A stretch of DNA of 64,000 bases from Fimbriimonadales bacterium (GCA_041744215.1 JBGTLG010000030.1:63793-127792), one strand, 5' to 3'. Positions 16,820 through 25,448 are shown, counted from the first letter of the stretch. The notes: generated by a model from the sequence alone, not told the origin. Numbers and translations are program-made.

Positions 16820-17851
16820 TTAGCTGAAGCCCCCAAGCAGGCTGAATTCCTTCACAACACATCCTGCGCCGAGCACCGTGTCTCTAACAACTGCATTCGG
16901 CCCAATCTCGCATCCGTCGCCGATGATGCTGTTTTCAATTCTTGCGGACGACCCAACTCTCACACCATCGAATATCGCGCTCGCGCTGATGTACGCTTCG
17001 TCTTCAATTCTGACTCCCTGTCCAACAGAACTGTGGCAGGAAACTGTGGCCGAATCCGCGACCTCTGCCGTGGCGTGAATAGCAGCGTCTCCCCGCTTTA
17101 GGAATGGCCTAGGTGACTGGATTTCTCCTGCGACCACAGCGGCTACAGCCTCTAAGTACTGCGACGGCCGCCCTATGTCAATCCACCGCGCCTGCTGTAT
17201 GTCGCCATAAATGCGCCTGCCCTCCGAAACGAACAGCGGAAACACCTCACGCTCAATGTTGCAGCGCCGCTGTGGGATGGACTCTAGTGCTGACTTGTTC
17301 ATAACGTACAGACCAGCATTGATTGCGTCGAATTCACCCGTCGGATCTCCTCCGATGGCCCGCTTTTGCTCTTCACTCGGTTCACGAAACCCTTCCACGC
17401 GGCAGTCTTCATCAATTGGAACGACGCCGTATGGATGCGGCCGCTCAACCTTGCGAAGCGTCAATGTCACTTCAGCTTGTCTCCGGCGATGGAGTTCAAT
17501 GATCTCAGCAATGTCGAACGCGTGTATCGTGTCTCCATTGAAAACGACGCAGTCATCGCCTGGCATCTGATCATAAGCGTTTCGAATTGCCCCCGCCGTA
17601 TCGAGAGGAACATCTTCGACCGCATAGGTTAGCGACACGCCGAAGTGTCGACCGTCACCAAATTGGCGATCCACCGCTTCGCTCATGTAGTTCGTCGCAA
17701 AGCACACTTCAGTAATCCCGGCGGTTCGCAGATATGCTAACTGATACTCCAACAGCGGAGAATCTACGAGCGGCATCAACGGCTTTGGCCGCATCAGCGT
17801 TAGTGGTCGCAGGCGAGTCCCAACCCCGCCGGCAATCACTATTCCTCGCAT
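16820..17851 (-). CDS. Sugar-1-phosphate nucleotidyltransferase with C-terminal left-handed beta-helix domain
   Basis: The N-terminus MRGIVIAGGVGTRLRPLTLMRPKPLMPL is the NTP-transferase G-x-G-T-R-L signature. The C-terminus contains hexapeptide-like repeats. Confidence 0.85.
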   Translation of the reverse strand: MRGIVIAGGVGTRLRPLTLMRPKPLMPLVDSPLLEYQLAYLRTAGITEVCFATNYMSEAVDRQFGDGRHFGVSLTYAVEDVPLDTAGAIRNAYDQMPGDDCVVFNGDTIHAFDIAEIIELHRRRQAEVTLTLRKVERPHPYGVVPIDEDCRVEGFREPSEEQKRAIGGDPTGEFDAINAGLYVMNKSALESIPQRRCNIEREVFPLFVSEGRRIYGDIQQARWIDIGRPSQYLEAVAAVVAGEIQSPRPFLKRGDAAIHATAEVADSATVSCHSSVGQGVRIEDEAYISASAIFDGVRVGSSARIENSIIGDGCEIGPNAVVRDTVLGAGCVVKEFSLLGGFS

Positions 17852-17866
17852 GGGATTAGGATACCG

Positions 17867-17909
17867 AAAAAATGTCTAACGCCCCGGGCATAAAGTAAGT
17901 CCAGGGCGT
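17867..17909 (-). terminator. Candidate intrinsic terminator after the 17929-20157 gene
   Basis: On the minus strand there is the hairpin ACGCCCTGG-loop-CCGGGGCGT (one mismatch), then TAGACA and TTTTTT. Confidence 0.4.
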
Positions 17910-17928
17910 CCGAGTGCGGTACAAGCGA

Positions 17929-20157
17929 TCAGCGAGTGATCGTCCAGACAACTTGATCGACCCTCATCAACCAACCAAACGAGAATAGTGTCCCCGGGTC
18001 TATAAGAGCGACACGCGCTCTCATAGCTCTCGTGCCAGGCTGAATGAAGCGAGCCGGATTGCTCGGGGTGACCTCAACAAGTTGGTCGGACGATGTCGCC
18101 GAGCGTGTGTCGACAACCACCCATTGATTGGCCTGATAGTCGAACATCGAAATCCTCTGAGTGACAGCGCTTGCCGGAAGTCCCGAAGTAGATGAGATGA
18201 TGCCGAACTTCAGCGACGATGGGCTTTCAATCGAGGCGACCGACTCAACCTGGAGGTGCGTTGAGGGAGTACCGAGTCCAAGCGGCGGGGCCTCCCGGAC
18301 GAGGAGCCTGGAGCCGTCGTTGTCAAGGAGGTCAGGCAGTCCGGCACCTGGCTGCTCTATACCGAACAAGACTTGGTATGACGTGGGCCCGACCGAGCCA
18401 GACAGCGGCGCCTGAACCTGAGCACGGAGCAGATAGGGGACGGTGCCCGGCTTGAACTGACCAAGCATAACTGTCGAGGGTGCACCTGCTGGCGCGACGT
18501 CGGCGTCGAACTCAAAGTTGTACGCCGAAGAGTACTTCAGCGAGTTGGCGTTCGGGTTCTGGGCGTGCGTTTGCGTCGACCAGGTCACCTTGCCATTTGC
18601 GTAGGTGCCAGCCCAGTTGTTCCCAGCATCCTGATCGACGTCTCGGAACACGATGTTCGAGATGTTTGCACCAGCGAGTACCGGAACCGAAAACTCGCGG
18701 ATTTGTCGATCGAGGTCGTGGACGTAGACGACGTACAGGTAGCGATAGTTGCCTCCACCGAGGTCAAGGACTTTCACGCCAACCCAAGCGTCACCCTCGG
18801 TTCGCGGCGTCGCAATCTGCGCATTTGGGTCCCAGTACTTTAGCGCCGGATCCCTAACGATTGCGGCGGCATTGGTACTGAACGACCATTGGGAACCCGT
18901 CCAGTTCGCTGTTGCCCGCCGGTACCCAATGTTGTTGTACTTGTCGATGTCGTTTTGTAGGATGTAGTACGCCTCGTAAAGGAACTCCGCGCCTGCCACG
19001 TTTAGGTCTGCGTCGAGAACTTCAAGCCTGTGGTCGACAGCGTTGCTGACGCTGCCTGAGTTGTTGCGACGGACACAGTCGTCAACGTAGTTGGAGAACC
19101 ACGATCCGCGGCACTCCCAATAGCCCGTAAACGGATTTACCTCTTTGCGCTCGCCGAGGTAAGTGCGGTCGCCGTTGTTTCCGGTGCCGTACGTGTCCGT
19201 ACAATTCAAGCCTAACTGGTTGCCGCCACCTGGCGGCTGCTGACAAGAGCCGCACCCAGAGGAGTTGGTAGACAGAAAGCCGTGCTTTAGCCAGCTGAGT
19301 CCAACGTGCTCGAATCTGTTGTTGTGAAGCCGGTACAGGTTCATCGCGATGACGGGATGGTTCTGATTCATCGGAGCAAACCAGCTAATCGGGAAGGCAC
19401 CTACATTGCAGGACGTCGTTGACATCGATAGCCCATTCCGACCATTGGGGAAAGTTCCAAGCCGCCCTAACGACGTCAAGCTGCTCATATTGAACAGTTG
19501 GCAATCAACTGGATTGGGATTGTCTTCGCCACCACCGCCGCCGCCATCGGAGGCGAAAGCCGGAGGGTCGATTTTGCCTGCGATAAGTTCGAGATTCGCT
19601 GTGAGGCTCACCCAACCCACCAATTGTCCTGCTAGCTCAGGTCGGCCAAACGCGCGCGCAGTAGCTTGGCTGAGGCTCAGGTCCGCAAACGCGATCATGA
19701 GTTGCCGAGTGAATGGATTCAGGTTGACTTTCGCGTGCTTCAAATCCAGGGAAAGCCGGCCAACATTGATGGTGAATGCGGACTCCGGGTCGGAGCCTGC
19801 TGTAGATAAAGATGGATTATGGAAAGAGTGGCGATTGCGACCGACATTCAGCGCAAAGCCACCGTCGTGACGAACCTCGCCGCCGACGAAGCGGACGATG
19901 CTGCCGTTGTCCCCTTCGATAATGAGGGTAGACCTTGGGGTGATTGCTAACCCGAACGCTCTCTCCATTTCAACGGATGGTTCAGCGGTTGCCCTGACAT
20001 CTGTAATGTTCATTCCCAGATCTCGGAGCAGACTATCGAGCAGCGAAATCGACATATCGCCGCCTTTCACCTGCCACGTCTGCTGTGCCATCGCGTTCTG
20101 GGTCGCAAGTGCGAAGCTAGCTACGGATACGGCGACGATAAAGTTCTTGAATCTCAT
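17929..20157 (-). CDS. Large secreted hypothetical protein with a Cys-rich central region
   Basis: The start was trimmed to ATG 20157 (GGAAGGAG upstream), giving the signal peptide MRFKNFIVAVSVASFALATQNAMA. Nine Cys cluster in the central region (..VDCQLF..TSCNVG..SSGCGSCQQ..LNCTDTYG..YWECRG..DDCVRR..). No family was recognised. Confidence 0.6.
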   Translation of the reverse strand: MRFKNFIVAVSVASFALATQNAMAQQTWQVKGGDMSISLLDSLLRDLGMNITDVRATAEPSVEMERAFGLAITPRSTLIIEGDNGSIVRFVGGEVRHDGGFALNVGRNRHSFHNPSLSTAGSDPESAFTINVGRLSLDLKHAKVNLNPFTRQLMIAFADLSLSQATARAFGRPELAGQLVGWVSLTANLELIAGKIDPPAFASDGGGGGGEDNPNPVDCQLFNMSSLTSLGRLGTFPNGRNGLSMSTTSCNVGAFPISWFAPMNQNHPVIAMNLYRLHNNRFEHVGLSWLKHGFLSTNSSGCGSCQQPPGGGNQLGLNCTDTYGTGNNGDRTYLGERKEVNPFTGYWECRGSWFSNYVDDCVRRNNSGSVSNAVDHRLEVLDADLNVAGAEFLYEAYYILQNDIDKYNNIGYRRATANWTGSQWSFSTNAAAIVRDPALKYWDPNAQIATPRTEGDAWVGVKVLDLGGGNYRYLYVVYVHDLDRQIREFSVPVLAGANISNIVFRDVDQDAGNNWAGTYANGKVTWSTQTHAQNPNANSLKYSSAYNFEFDADVAPAGAPSTVMLGQFKPGTVPYLLRAQVQAPLSGSVGPTSYQVLFGIEQPGAGLPDLLDNDGSRLLVREAPPLGLGTPSTHLQVESVASIESPSSLKFGIISSTSGLPASAVTQRISMFDYQANQWVVVDTRSATSSDQLVEVTPSNPARFIQPGTRAMRARVALIDPGTLFSFGWLMRVDQVVWTITR

Positions 20158-20271
20158 CTCAAGGGTTCTCCTTCCCAATAGGTGCTGAGTGCCAAGCAAA
20201 GGCACTGACTTATTCTGACGCAACTTCGGGGGCATTCCGTTCAGAAGCAGCGCCACTTCTCTAAACTGGTA

Positions 20272-22170
20272 TCAGTACGGGGTATCGATTTCAGGAGCCA
20301 ATCTCTTCAGCCTGCTGAAGAGCGCACGAGCCGTCTCATCGTCGCCTCTTGCGCGGTAGAGAAACGCATTTGCATACCACTTCGCCACATCCTCAGCGGG
20401 AGCGCGAATTCCTTCCTGGAGTAGCTCGTCAACCTTTCCTGTCTCCCTCGCAAGCAGGGCCCAAAGGGCGAGAAGCTGAAAATCGAGCGGCCTGGCCCGA
20501 CGAGCCTCCTCAGCGAGGTCGAAGGCTTCCTCCAGTCTCCCCGCAGCGCGCAATTGGGCCGAAGCGCTGAGCAGATTTCCCGGCGTCCGGTGCGTTTCGA
20601 CCAGCCGCAGCATCAACGCGGCGGAGTCGCCGCCCCGACCGGCAGCAACCAGAGCATCGTTCAGGCCGTAAATCCGCATCGGGTAAGTGGGAAGAGCCGG
20701 GTCGGTCTCCTCGACCACGCGAGTCAGCTCTCGGATAGCCTCCTCGTCGCGGCCTGCCAGCGCGAGAGCGCGGCCGTATGAAAAGCGCAGTTCTGAGTCA
20801 GCGTGATTCACGCTTACCGCGCGCTCGAGGTGCGTGGCTGCTTGCTCGGCCTCGCCAGAAAACAGCAGCAGCGCGCCCAGTCGCGCCTCCCACTTCTCCA
20901 CAAGCACCGGCGAGAGCGAAATCACGCGGCGATAGTGCTCCAGGCTCGCGGTCAGCTCCTCAACTGAAGGACCGGATTGGCCGCTTTGGTACGCCGCCTC
21001 GCCTTGGCGCACGTGGAACATAACGAACGATGCGTAGCCAAGAAACACCACGAGGCATACTACAAAGCCCGCGTACGCCCACCCGGCCGCTGTCCGCTTC
21101 CCTTGCGAGCGCAACTGCCACCTTTGAAGGCGCGTGTTCGGACTCGTGAACAACCGAAGCCCAGAGAGCAGCAGATAGGCACAAATCGCAGATAGTCCCA
21201 GCGCGAGGAGAAACGGCACCGCCTCATACAACCCTCGGAGCGCATAGAGAGCGAACACAAAGGAGCCAGCCGCGAAGAACTCCTCCCCCCAACTCAAATC
21301 GTACTCGCGCTTCTTTCGCTCGGGACGCCGCGATGCTACACCTGGCTTGCCAAAACCCCAGTACAGCGCCCCCTTTGGACAAACATCAACGCAGTCCATG
21401 CACTTCATGCACCCCGAATCCACCACCATCCCGTGCTCCCGCACCTCCTCGTGCACCCGTACGTTCGACGTGCAAGCCGTCGTACAGTGCCCGCAGCCGT
21501 CGCAAGCGTCGGTCACACGAATCTTCCCTGGAGCGACCGCGTCGGCGTAATAGAAAATCCCACCATACGGGCAGCCATACGTGCAAAAGCCCTTGTTGCC
21601 GAGTAGCGCGACGATCAGAAACCCACACACAGCGAACGTCAGGATCGCGATGCCGACGGTGGGAAAGGGACTCCAAAAGTCGTCCGTCGTAAAGTGCGCA
21701 ACCCAGCGCGGCGCCTCGCCACCCGAAGCCATCCGCAAAACCGTTGGCCACGCAAACATATAAAACGCCGCGAGCAGCGGCACGAACACCAAAAGCCTCG
21801 AACGAAACGGCTTCGGGCGGATGCCGATCTTGCGCAAGAACCAGCCGCACAAATCCTGTAGCGCAACCACATGGCAGCCCCAGCCGCAAAAGAAACGCCC
21901 CAGCACCAACGTTGAAAGGATCAGCAGCGCAAACAGCACGAACCCTGCGTTCACATAGCCCAACTCCAGCGTCTGCATCGCCTCGCTAGGCTCGACGGGC
22001 GTGATCGTCGTGCCCGCCAGCTTCCAGTGGACAATGTGCGCCGCGATGAGCACGTGCACCCCGATCAGCACCGCAGCGCGCCAACGCCCGCGACGAGACG
22101 AGCGTGGCTTGCCCGCACTTGAGCGCTGCGAGTGGATCAGTGGAAGCGGTCTGGTCAGACGACGACTCAC
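20272..22170 (-). CDS. Membrane polyferredoxin (NapH/FixG-like 4Fe-4S protein) fused to a C-terminal TPR domain
   Basis: It has multiple TM helices. Cys clusters are FFCGWGCH, GFCTYGCPYG, CDGCGHCTTAC and CMKCMDCVDVCP. The C-terminal roughly 250 aa are TPR-like helical repeats. Confidence 0.7.
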   Translation of the reverse strand: MSRRLTRPLPLIHSQRSSAGKPRSSRRGRWRAAVLIGVHVLIAAHIVHWKLAGTTITPVEPSEAMQTLELGYVNAGFVLFALLILSTLVLGRFFCGWGCHVVALQDLCGWFLRKIGIRPKPFRSRLLVFVPLLAAFYMFAWPTVLRMASGGEAPRWVAHFTTDDFWSPFPTVGIAILTFAVCGFLIVALLGNKGFCTYGCPYGGIFYYADAVAPGKIRVTDACDGCGHCTTACTSNVRVHEEVREHGMVVDSGCMKCMDCVDVCPKGALYWGFGKPGVASRRPERKKREYDLSWGEEFFAAGSFVFALYALRGLYEAVPFLLALGLSAICAYLLLSGLRLFTSPNTRLQRWQLRSQGKRTAAGWAYAGFVVCLVVFLGYASFVMFHVRQGEAAYQSGQSGPSVEELTASLEHYRRVISLSPVLVEKWEARLGALLLFSGEAEQAATHLERAVSVNHADSELRFSYGRALALAGRDEEAIRELTRVVEETDPALPTYPMRIYGLNDALVAAGRGGDSAALMLRLVETHRTPGNLLSASAQLRAAGRLEEAFDLAEEARRARPLDFQLLALWALLARETGKVDELLQEGIRAPAEDVAKWYANAFLYRARGDDETARALFSRLKRLAPEIDTPY

Positions 22171-22303
22171 GCGGTCAGTTTATCGCCAACCGCACTCGCC
22201 CACGCGCGGCAGCGGCAGATCCGTGCATCCCGCCACACCGCAGGGTACTGTCACGATGTCGAATGGGGGGCGTCCGCCCGCCAACGACGAAGGAGAAGTG
22301 ACG

Positions 22304-22969
22304 ATGAGTTTAGAGAACCGGATCGAAGCGCTCGAGAGGGAGCTAACGGCGCTAAAGCGGCGCAACCGCGCGATTGGTGTATTCGCCCTCTTCGCGATCT
22401 CAGTCCCTGCGTTGCTGGCGTTCACCAACGTCCAAGAGAAGGTCATCAGGGCAGAGAGGTTCGAAGTTGTCCGCGACGGCAAGACGGTGGCTAATCTCTT
22501 TGCCGACGCCGATGGCGGCTACCTGGGCATCTATAACAAGGATGAGAAGTGGGTCGCGGGCCTCTTTGCAAGCCGCGCCGGCGGCGGCTTCCTGAGGATC
22601 CTGAACAAGGATGAGAAAGGGGTCGCAAACCTCTTTGCCGACGCCGATGGCGGCAGCCTGTCCATCTTCAACAAGGATGAGAAACAGGTCGCGGGCGTCG
22701 TTGCCGGCCCCGATGGCGGCCTCCTGGCCATCTTCAACAAGGATAACAAAGGGGTCGTAAACCTCGCTGCCCACCCCGATGGAGGCAGCGTGTCCATCTC
22801 CAACAAGGATGAGCAACGGGCCGCTGCTCTCGTTACCGGCCCCGATGGCGGCATCCTGGGCATCTATGACAAGGATGGGAAACCGGTCGCGGGCCTCTCG
22901 CCTGAACCCGCCGGCGGCGAGTTCTTTCTCTGGACGCCGGGAGGCCAGGTGCGATTCAAAGCGCCGTAA
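22304..22969 (+). CDS. Membrane-anchored repeat protein (coiled coil, TM helix, seven 22-23-aa repeats)
   Basis: ATG 22304 is preceded by GAAGGAGAAG. The sequence begins MSLENRIEALERELTALKRRNRAIGVFALFAISVPALLAF, then carries repeats of form DGGxLxIxNKDEKxVAxLxA. An alternative ATG lies at 22256. Confidence 0.6.
   Translation: MSLENRIEALERELTALKRRNRAIGVFALFAISVPALLAFTNVQEKVIRAERFEVVRDGKTVANLFADADGGYLGIYNKDEKWVAGLFASRAGGGFLRILNKDEKGVANLFADADGGSLSIFNKDEKQVAGVVAGPDGGLLAIFNKDNKGVVNLAAHPDGGSVSISNKDEQRAAALVTGPDGGILGIYDKDGKPVAGLSPEPAGGEFFLWTPGGQVRFKAP
22470..22920 (+). repeat. Coding tandem repeats of about 66-69 bp inside the 22304-22969 gene
   Basis: DNA strings such as CTCTTTGCCGACGCCGATGGCGG recur (22497, 22631), and the peptide module recurs seven times. 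Boundaries are approximate. Confidence 0.8.
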
Positions 22970-23026
22970 GAGCGGGCCCGCCACCTCGAAACAAACAAGG
23001 AGGCGGGCCACACCGTCAGCGTGAGA

Positions 23027-23716
23027 TCACGGCGTCGTAACGACGCTCACAATCGCAGAAACATCGCCCACGCGGTTGTTTCCCTGCATCCCCTGAACGC
23101 GGTACTCCCGAACCTCGGGCGTCCCAGGGTCAACAGGATCGACCAGATCGACGAACACAGCCGTCTGCGAAATCCCGATCTGAGTCCAGTTCCCGCCGCC
23201 GCGACGCATGTCCACCGCGATCACCGAGTAACCGCCCTTGTACAGCTTCAGCGCGACGTCGTGATCGATCATCGAAGTCGCCTTCAGAATCGCAGGCGTG
23301 TTCGGGCCGCTCGGCTCCACCGGCACGATCCCATAGTCCTCGCCGACCGCCTGCGTATAGTCCGCATCGGCCTTGATCGTGTTCGCGAAACCGCGCGTGC
23401 GAGGGCGAATCCCCGGCTCGAACACCTCGTCCGGCAGTGAAAGTACCGGCGGGCTCGGAGGCGGCGTGAAGGGTGAGTCCGGATCGCCGAAAAGCATATC
23501 GTTGCGCCACTGCGTCCAAGCCTCCACGTACCCACGCAGCGCGTCGTCGTAGTCCACCATCAGCGTCACCAGAATGTTGTCGACGTTGGCCCGCTCGATG
23601 TCTCCGGCGGTCAAGCCGTGATCCGTCCCGGTCGCCGTGCATTGCGCGGCGAATGTCGAATGAAAAGGCGGCAGCTCCGCCAAGCGTGTCGGATACCAAT
23701 CCCTGTTGATAGCCAT
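23027..23716 (-). CDS. Hypothetical protein, helical N-domain plus FN3-like beta-sandwich C-domain, no signal peptide
   Basis: The 229-aa ORF has native composition, and GGAGAGGA precedes the ATG. The C-terminus ..EVREYRVQGMQGNNRVGDVSAIVSVV resembles an FN3 G-strand. The competing 288-aa frame is Arg/Gly-rich and was rejected. Confidence 0.55.
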   Translation of the reverse strand: MAINRDWYPTRLAELPPFHSTFAAQCTATGTDHGLTAGDIERANVDNILVTLMVDYDDALRGYVEAWTQWRNDMLFGDPDSPFTPPPSPPVLSLPDEVFEPGIRPRTRGFANTIKADADYTQAVGEDYGIVPVEPSGPNTPAILKATSMIDHDVALKLYKGGYSVIAVDMRRGGGNWTQIGISQTAVFVDLVDPVDPGTPEVREYRVQGMQGNNRVGDVSAIVSVVTTP

Positions 23717-23792
23717 CGGTTTTCCTCTCCAATTTAAGATTTTCGATGCGTGTCCGCCCCAGCGAACGCGCCTCGTCGGAAACTGTACTCCA

Positions 23793-24002
23793 TGGCGCAG
23801 ACTGTACTGAGCGTCGCGCGGAGCGTACGGAGCCGCACATTACATGTACAAAGCCGCTCAGTACATGTACGAAGCCATCCACGGAATGTACGGAGTCATT
23901 CCGTACATGCACGGAGCCACCCAGTACACGTACGAAGCCACTCTGTACAGGTACGAAGCCGCTCGGTACGTGTACGAAGCCGCCCGGTACACGCACAAAG
24001 CG
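23793..24002. repeat. 21-bp tandem array B, same family as array A but in reverse-complement orientation
   Basis: Eight in-phase units run from 23835 to 24002, for example GCTCAGTACATGTACGAAGCC at 23856. This differs by 1 nt from the reverse complement of array A unit GGCTTCGTACATGTACAGAGC. Degenerate units extend left to about 23793. Confidence 0.93.
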
Positions 24003-24063
24003 GCGCGTTGGCGTCTACCGGCGGCGTTTGCCGGGCCAGCGACGGCTGGCTTAGAGCGCGGGA

Positions 24064-24876
24064 CTAGGTCGGCTGGCCGATGGGGCCGTAGAGATCGGGG
24101 CGGCGCGCTCCCCAGAGGTCCATCTCGTACTCGCCTTCGATCTGGACTAGGTGCTTAATGCGGGCACGCTCAAGCTTGACGTCTTCCATGAGAATGACTT
24201 CATCGGTGTGGTCGGCGCTGGCCAGGATTGCGCCGCTCGGGCTGATGATCTTGCTCTTTCCGATGAAGGAGAACCCGTTTTCGGTGCCGATTCGGTTGGC
24301 GGCGGCAAGAAACACGTGGTTCTCGACGCACCGCGCCGGGCAAACGATATCGCTCGCCATTTCGGCCGACTCAGGCCAGTTCGTCGGGACGACGATCAGG
24401 TCTGCGCCTTTGAGTGCGAGCGTCCGGGGGCCCTCGGGGAATCGCACGTCGAAGCAGATTTGGACGCCGACACGCCCAAATGGTAGGGGGAAGACGGGTA
24501 GGGAGTCGCCAGGGTGGGCGAAGCGGTCGAGGCCGAGATAGGGGAGATGGACTTTTCTGTACTCGCCGACGAGGCCTTGCGGTCCAAAGATCGCCGCGGA
24601 GTTGAAAAGGTCCTCGCCGAGTTTCTCGGCGTAACCGACGATCGCGTATCCCTTGGTCTCCCTGCACGCGGAGGTGATCGGCTGCCATTCCTTGCCGTTG
24701 GGAGCGACGGCATGCGCGAGCGCTTCCTCAAGGCTCTTGAAGCAATAGCCGGTCAGGGCGCACTCCGGGAAGACGATGAGGTCTGCCTTGGTCGAAACGA
24801 TCTGCTCAGCGATTCTGGTGGCGTTGTGCGCAACGTCAGCGAAGCGTGGCTCGAATTGGGAAACGGCTAACTTCAT
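24064..24876 (-). CDS. Carbon-nitrogen hydrolase (nitrilase superfamily)
   Basis: The Glu-Lys-Cys triad context is FPECALTGY, YRKVHLP and GVQICFDVRFPE. Confidence 0.85.
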   Translation of the reverse strand: MKLAVSQFEPRFADVAHNATRIAEQIVSTKADLIVFPECALTGYCFKSLEEALAHAVAPNGKEWQPITSACRETKGYAIVGYAEKLGEDLFNSAAIFGPQGLVGEYRKVHLPYLGLDRFAHPGDSLPVFPLPFGRVGVQICFDVRFPEGPRTLALKGADLIVVPTNWPESAEMASDIVCPARCVENHVFLAAANRIGTENGFSFIGKSKIISPSGAILASADHTDEVILMEDVKLERARIKHLVQIEGEYEMDLWGARRPDLYGPIGQPT

Positions 24877-24894
24877 GTGTCGCCTTCCGGCTCT

Positions 24895-25332
24895 TCAGGA
24901 TTCGATAAGAAGCAGGGTGTCTCCTTCCTGTACAAGCTGTCCGTCTTCCGCGACGAGCGCGCGAACGACGCCGCTGATCGGCGACTCGACTTCGTTAAAG
25001 ACTTTCATTGCTTCAATGACTCCGATGACTTGGCCGATGGTGATCCTGTCGCCCACTTCCACGAACGGCGGATCGCTGGGAATCGGTCGGCGGTAGTATG
25101 TCCCGACCATTGGGGCTGGGATGGGGATCCCCTGTCGAGGTGATTCGAGGGGGGTTGTTGCCGCATGTGCGGGCAAGTGCGTTCCAGGGACGGCGTTAGC
25201 CGCATCGTGATTGGCTTGCGGATCTCGCCGCACCTCAATCACTTGGTCGCCGTTCTTTACACGGATTGACGTGAGTGCGTGCCGGGCGAGCAATTCACCG
25301 AGTTTGTCGACTTGGGAGGGCAGATCCGACAT
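24895..25332 (-). CDS. accB: Biotin carboxyl carrier protein (AccB-like)
   Basis: The biotinyl-lysine motif is IEAMKVFNEV, and PAPMVGTYYR is present. The start was trimmed to ATG 25332 (MSDLPSQVDKLGELL) because the upstream part of the track ORF reads through a tRNA gene. No accC is adjacent. Confidence 0.85.
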   Translation of the reverse strand: MSDLPSQVDKLGELLARHALTSIRVKNGDQVIEVRRDPQANHDAANAVPGTHLPAHAATTPLESPRQGIPIPAPMVGTYYRRPIPSDPPFVEVGDRITIGQVIGVIEAMKVFNEVESPISGVVRALVAEDGQLVQEGDTLLLIES

Positions 25333-25342
25333 GGCGAGATTA

Positions 25343-25418
25343 TGGCGCGGACGAAGGGACTCGAACCCCCAACCCCCAGTGCCGAAGACTGGTGCTCTAT
25401 CCGTTGAGCTACGTCCGC
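25343..25418 (-). tRNA. tRNA-Arg (anticodon TCG), CCA encoded
   Basis: The hand-folded cloverleaf is GCGGACG/TA/GCTC/AACGGATA/GAGC/A/CCAGT/CTTCGGC/ACTGG/GGGTT/GGGGG/TTCGAGT/CCCTT/CGTCCGC/G/CCA, 76 nt in total. Confidence 0.85.
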
Positions 25419-25429
25419 GCGGGACTGTC

Positions 25430-25435
25430 ATTCTA
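25430..25435 (-). promoter_or_regulatory. Candidate -10 box (TAGAAT) for the tRNA-Arg/accB transcript
   Basis: Minus-strand TAGAAT lies 11 nt upstream of the tRNA-Arg 5' end. The -35 is weak. Confidence 0.4.
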
Positions 25436-25448
25436 CCGCCGGGTGGGC

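Noticed and set aside
22400-23011. A 203-aa minus-strand ORF antisense to the repeat protein gene.
   Set aside because: It mirrors the sense-strand repeats, has no SD, and would run into the convergent gene. The plus-strand frame has a strong SD, a TM helix and coherent repeats.
23746-24158. Three plus-strand ORFs and part of the 288-aa minus ORF 23130-23996 read through array B.
   Set aside because: This is the same stop-free repeat artefact. The 288-aa frame is Arg/Gly-rich and competes with the better 229-aa frame (23027-23716), which has a strong SD.
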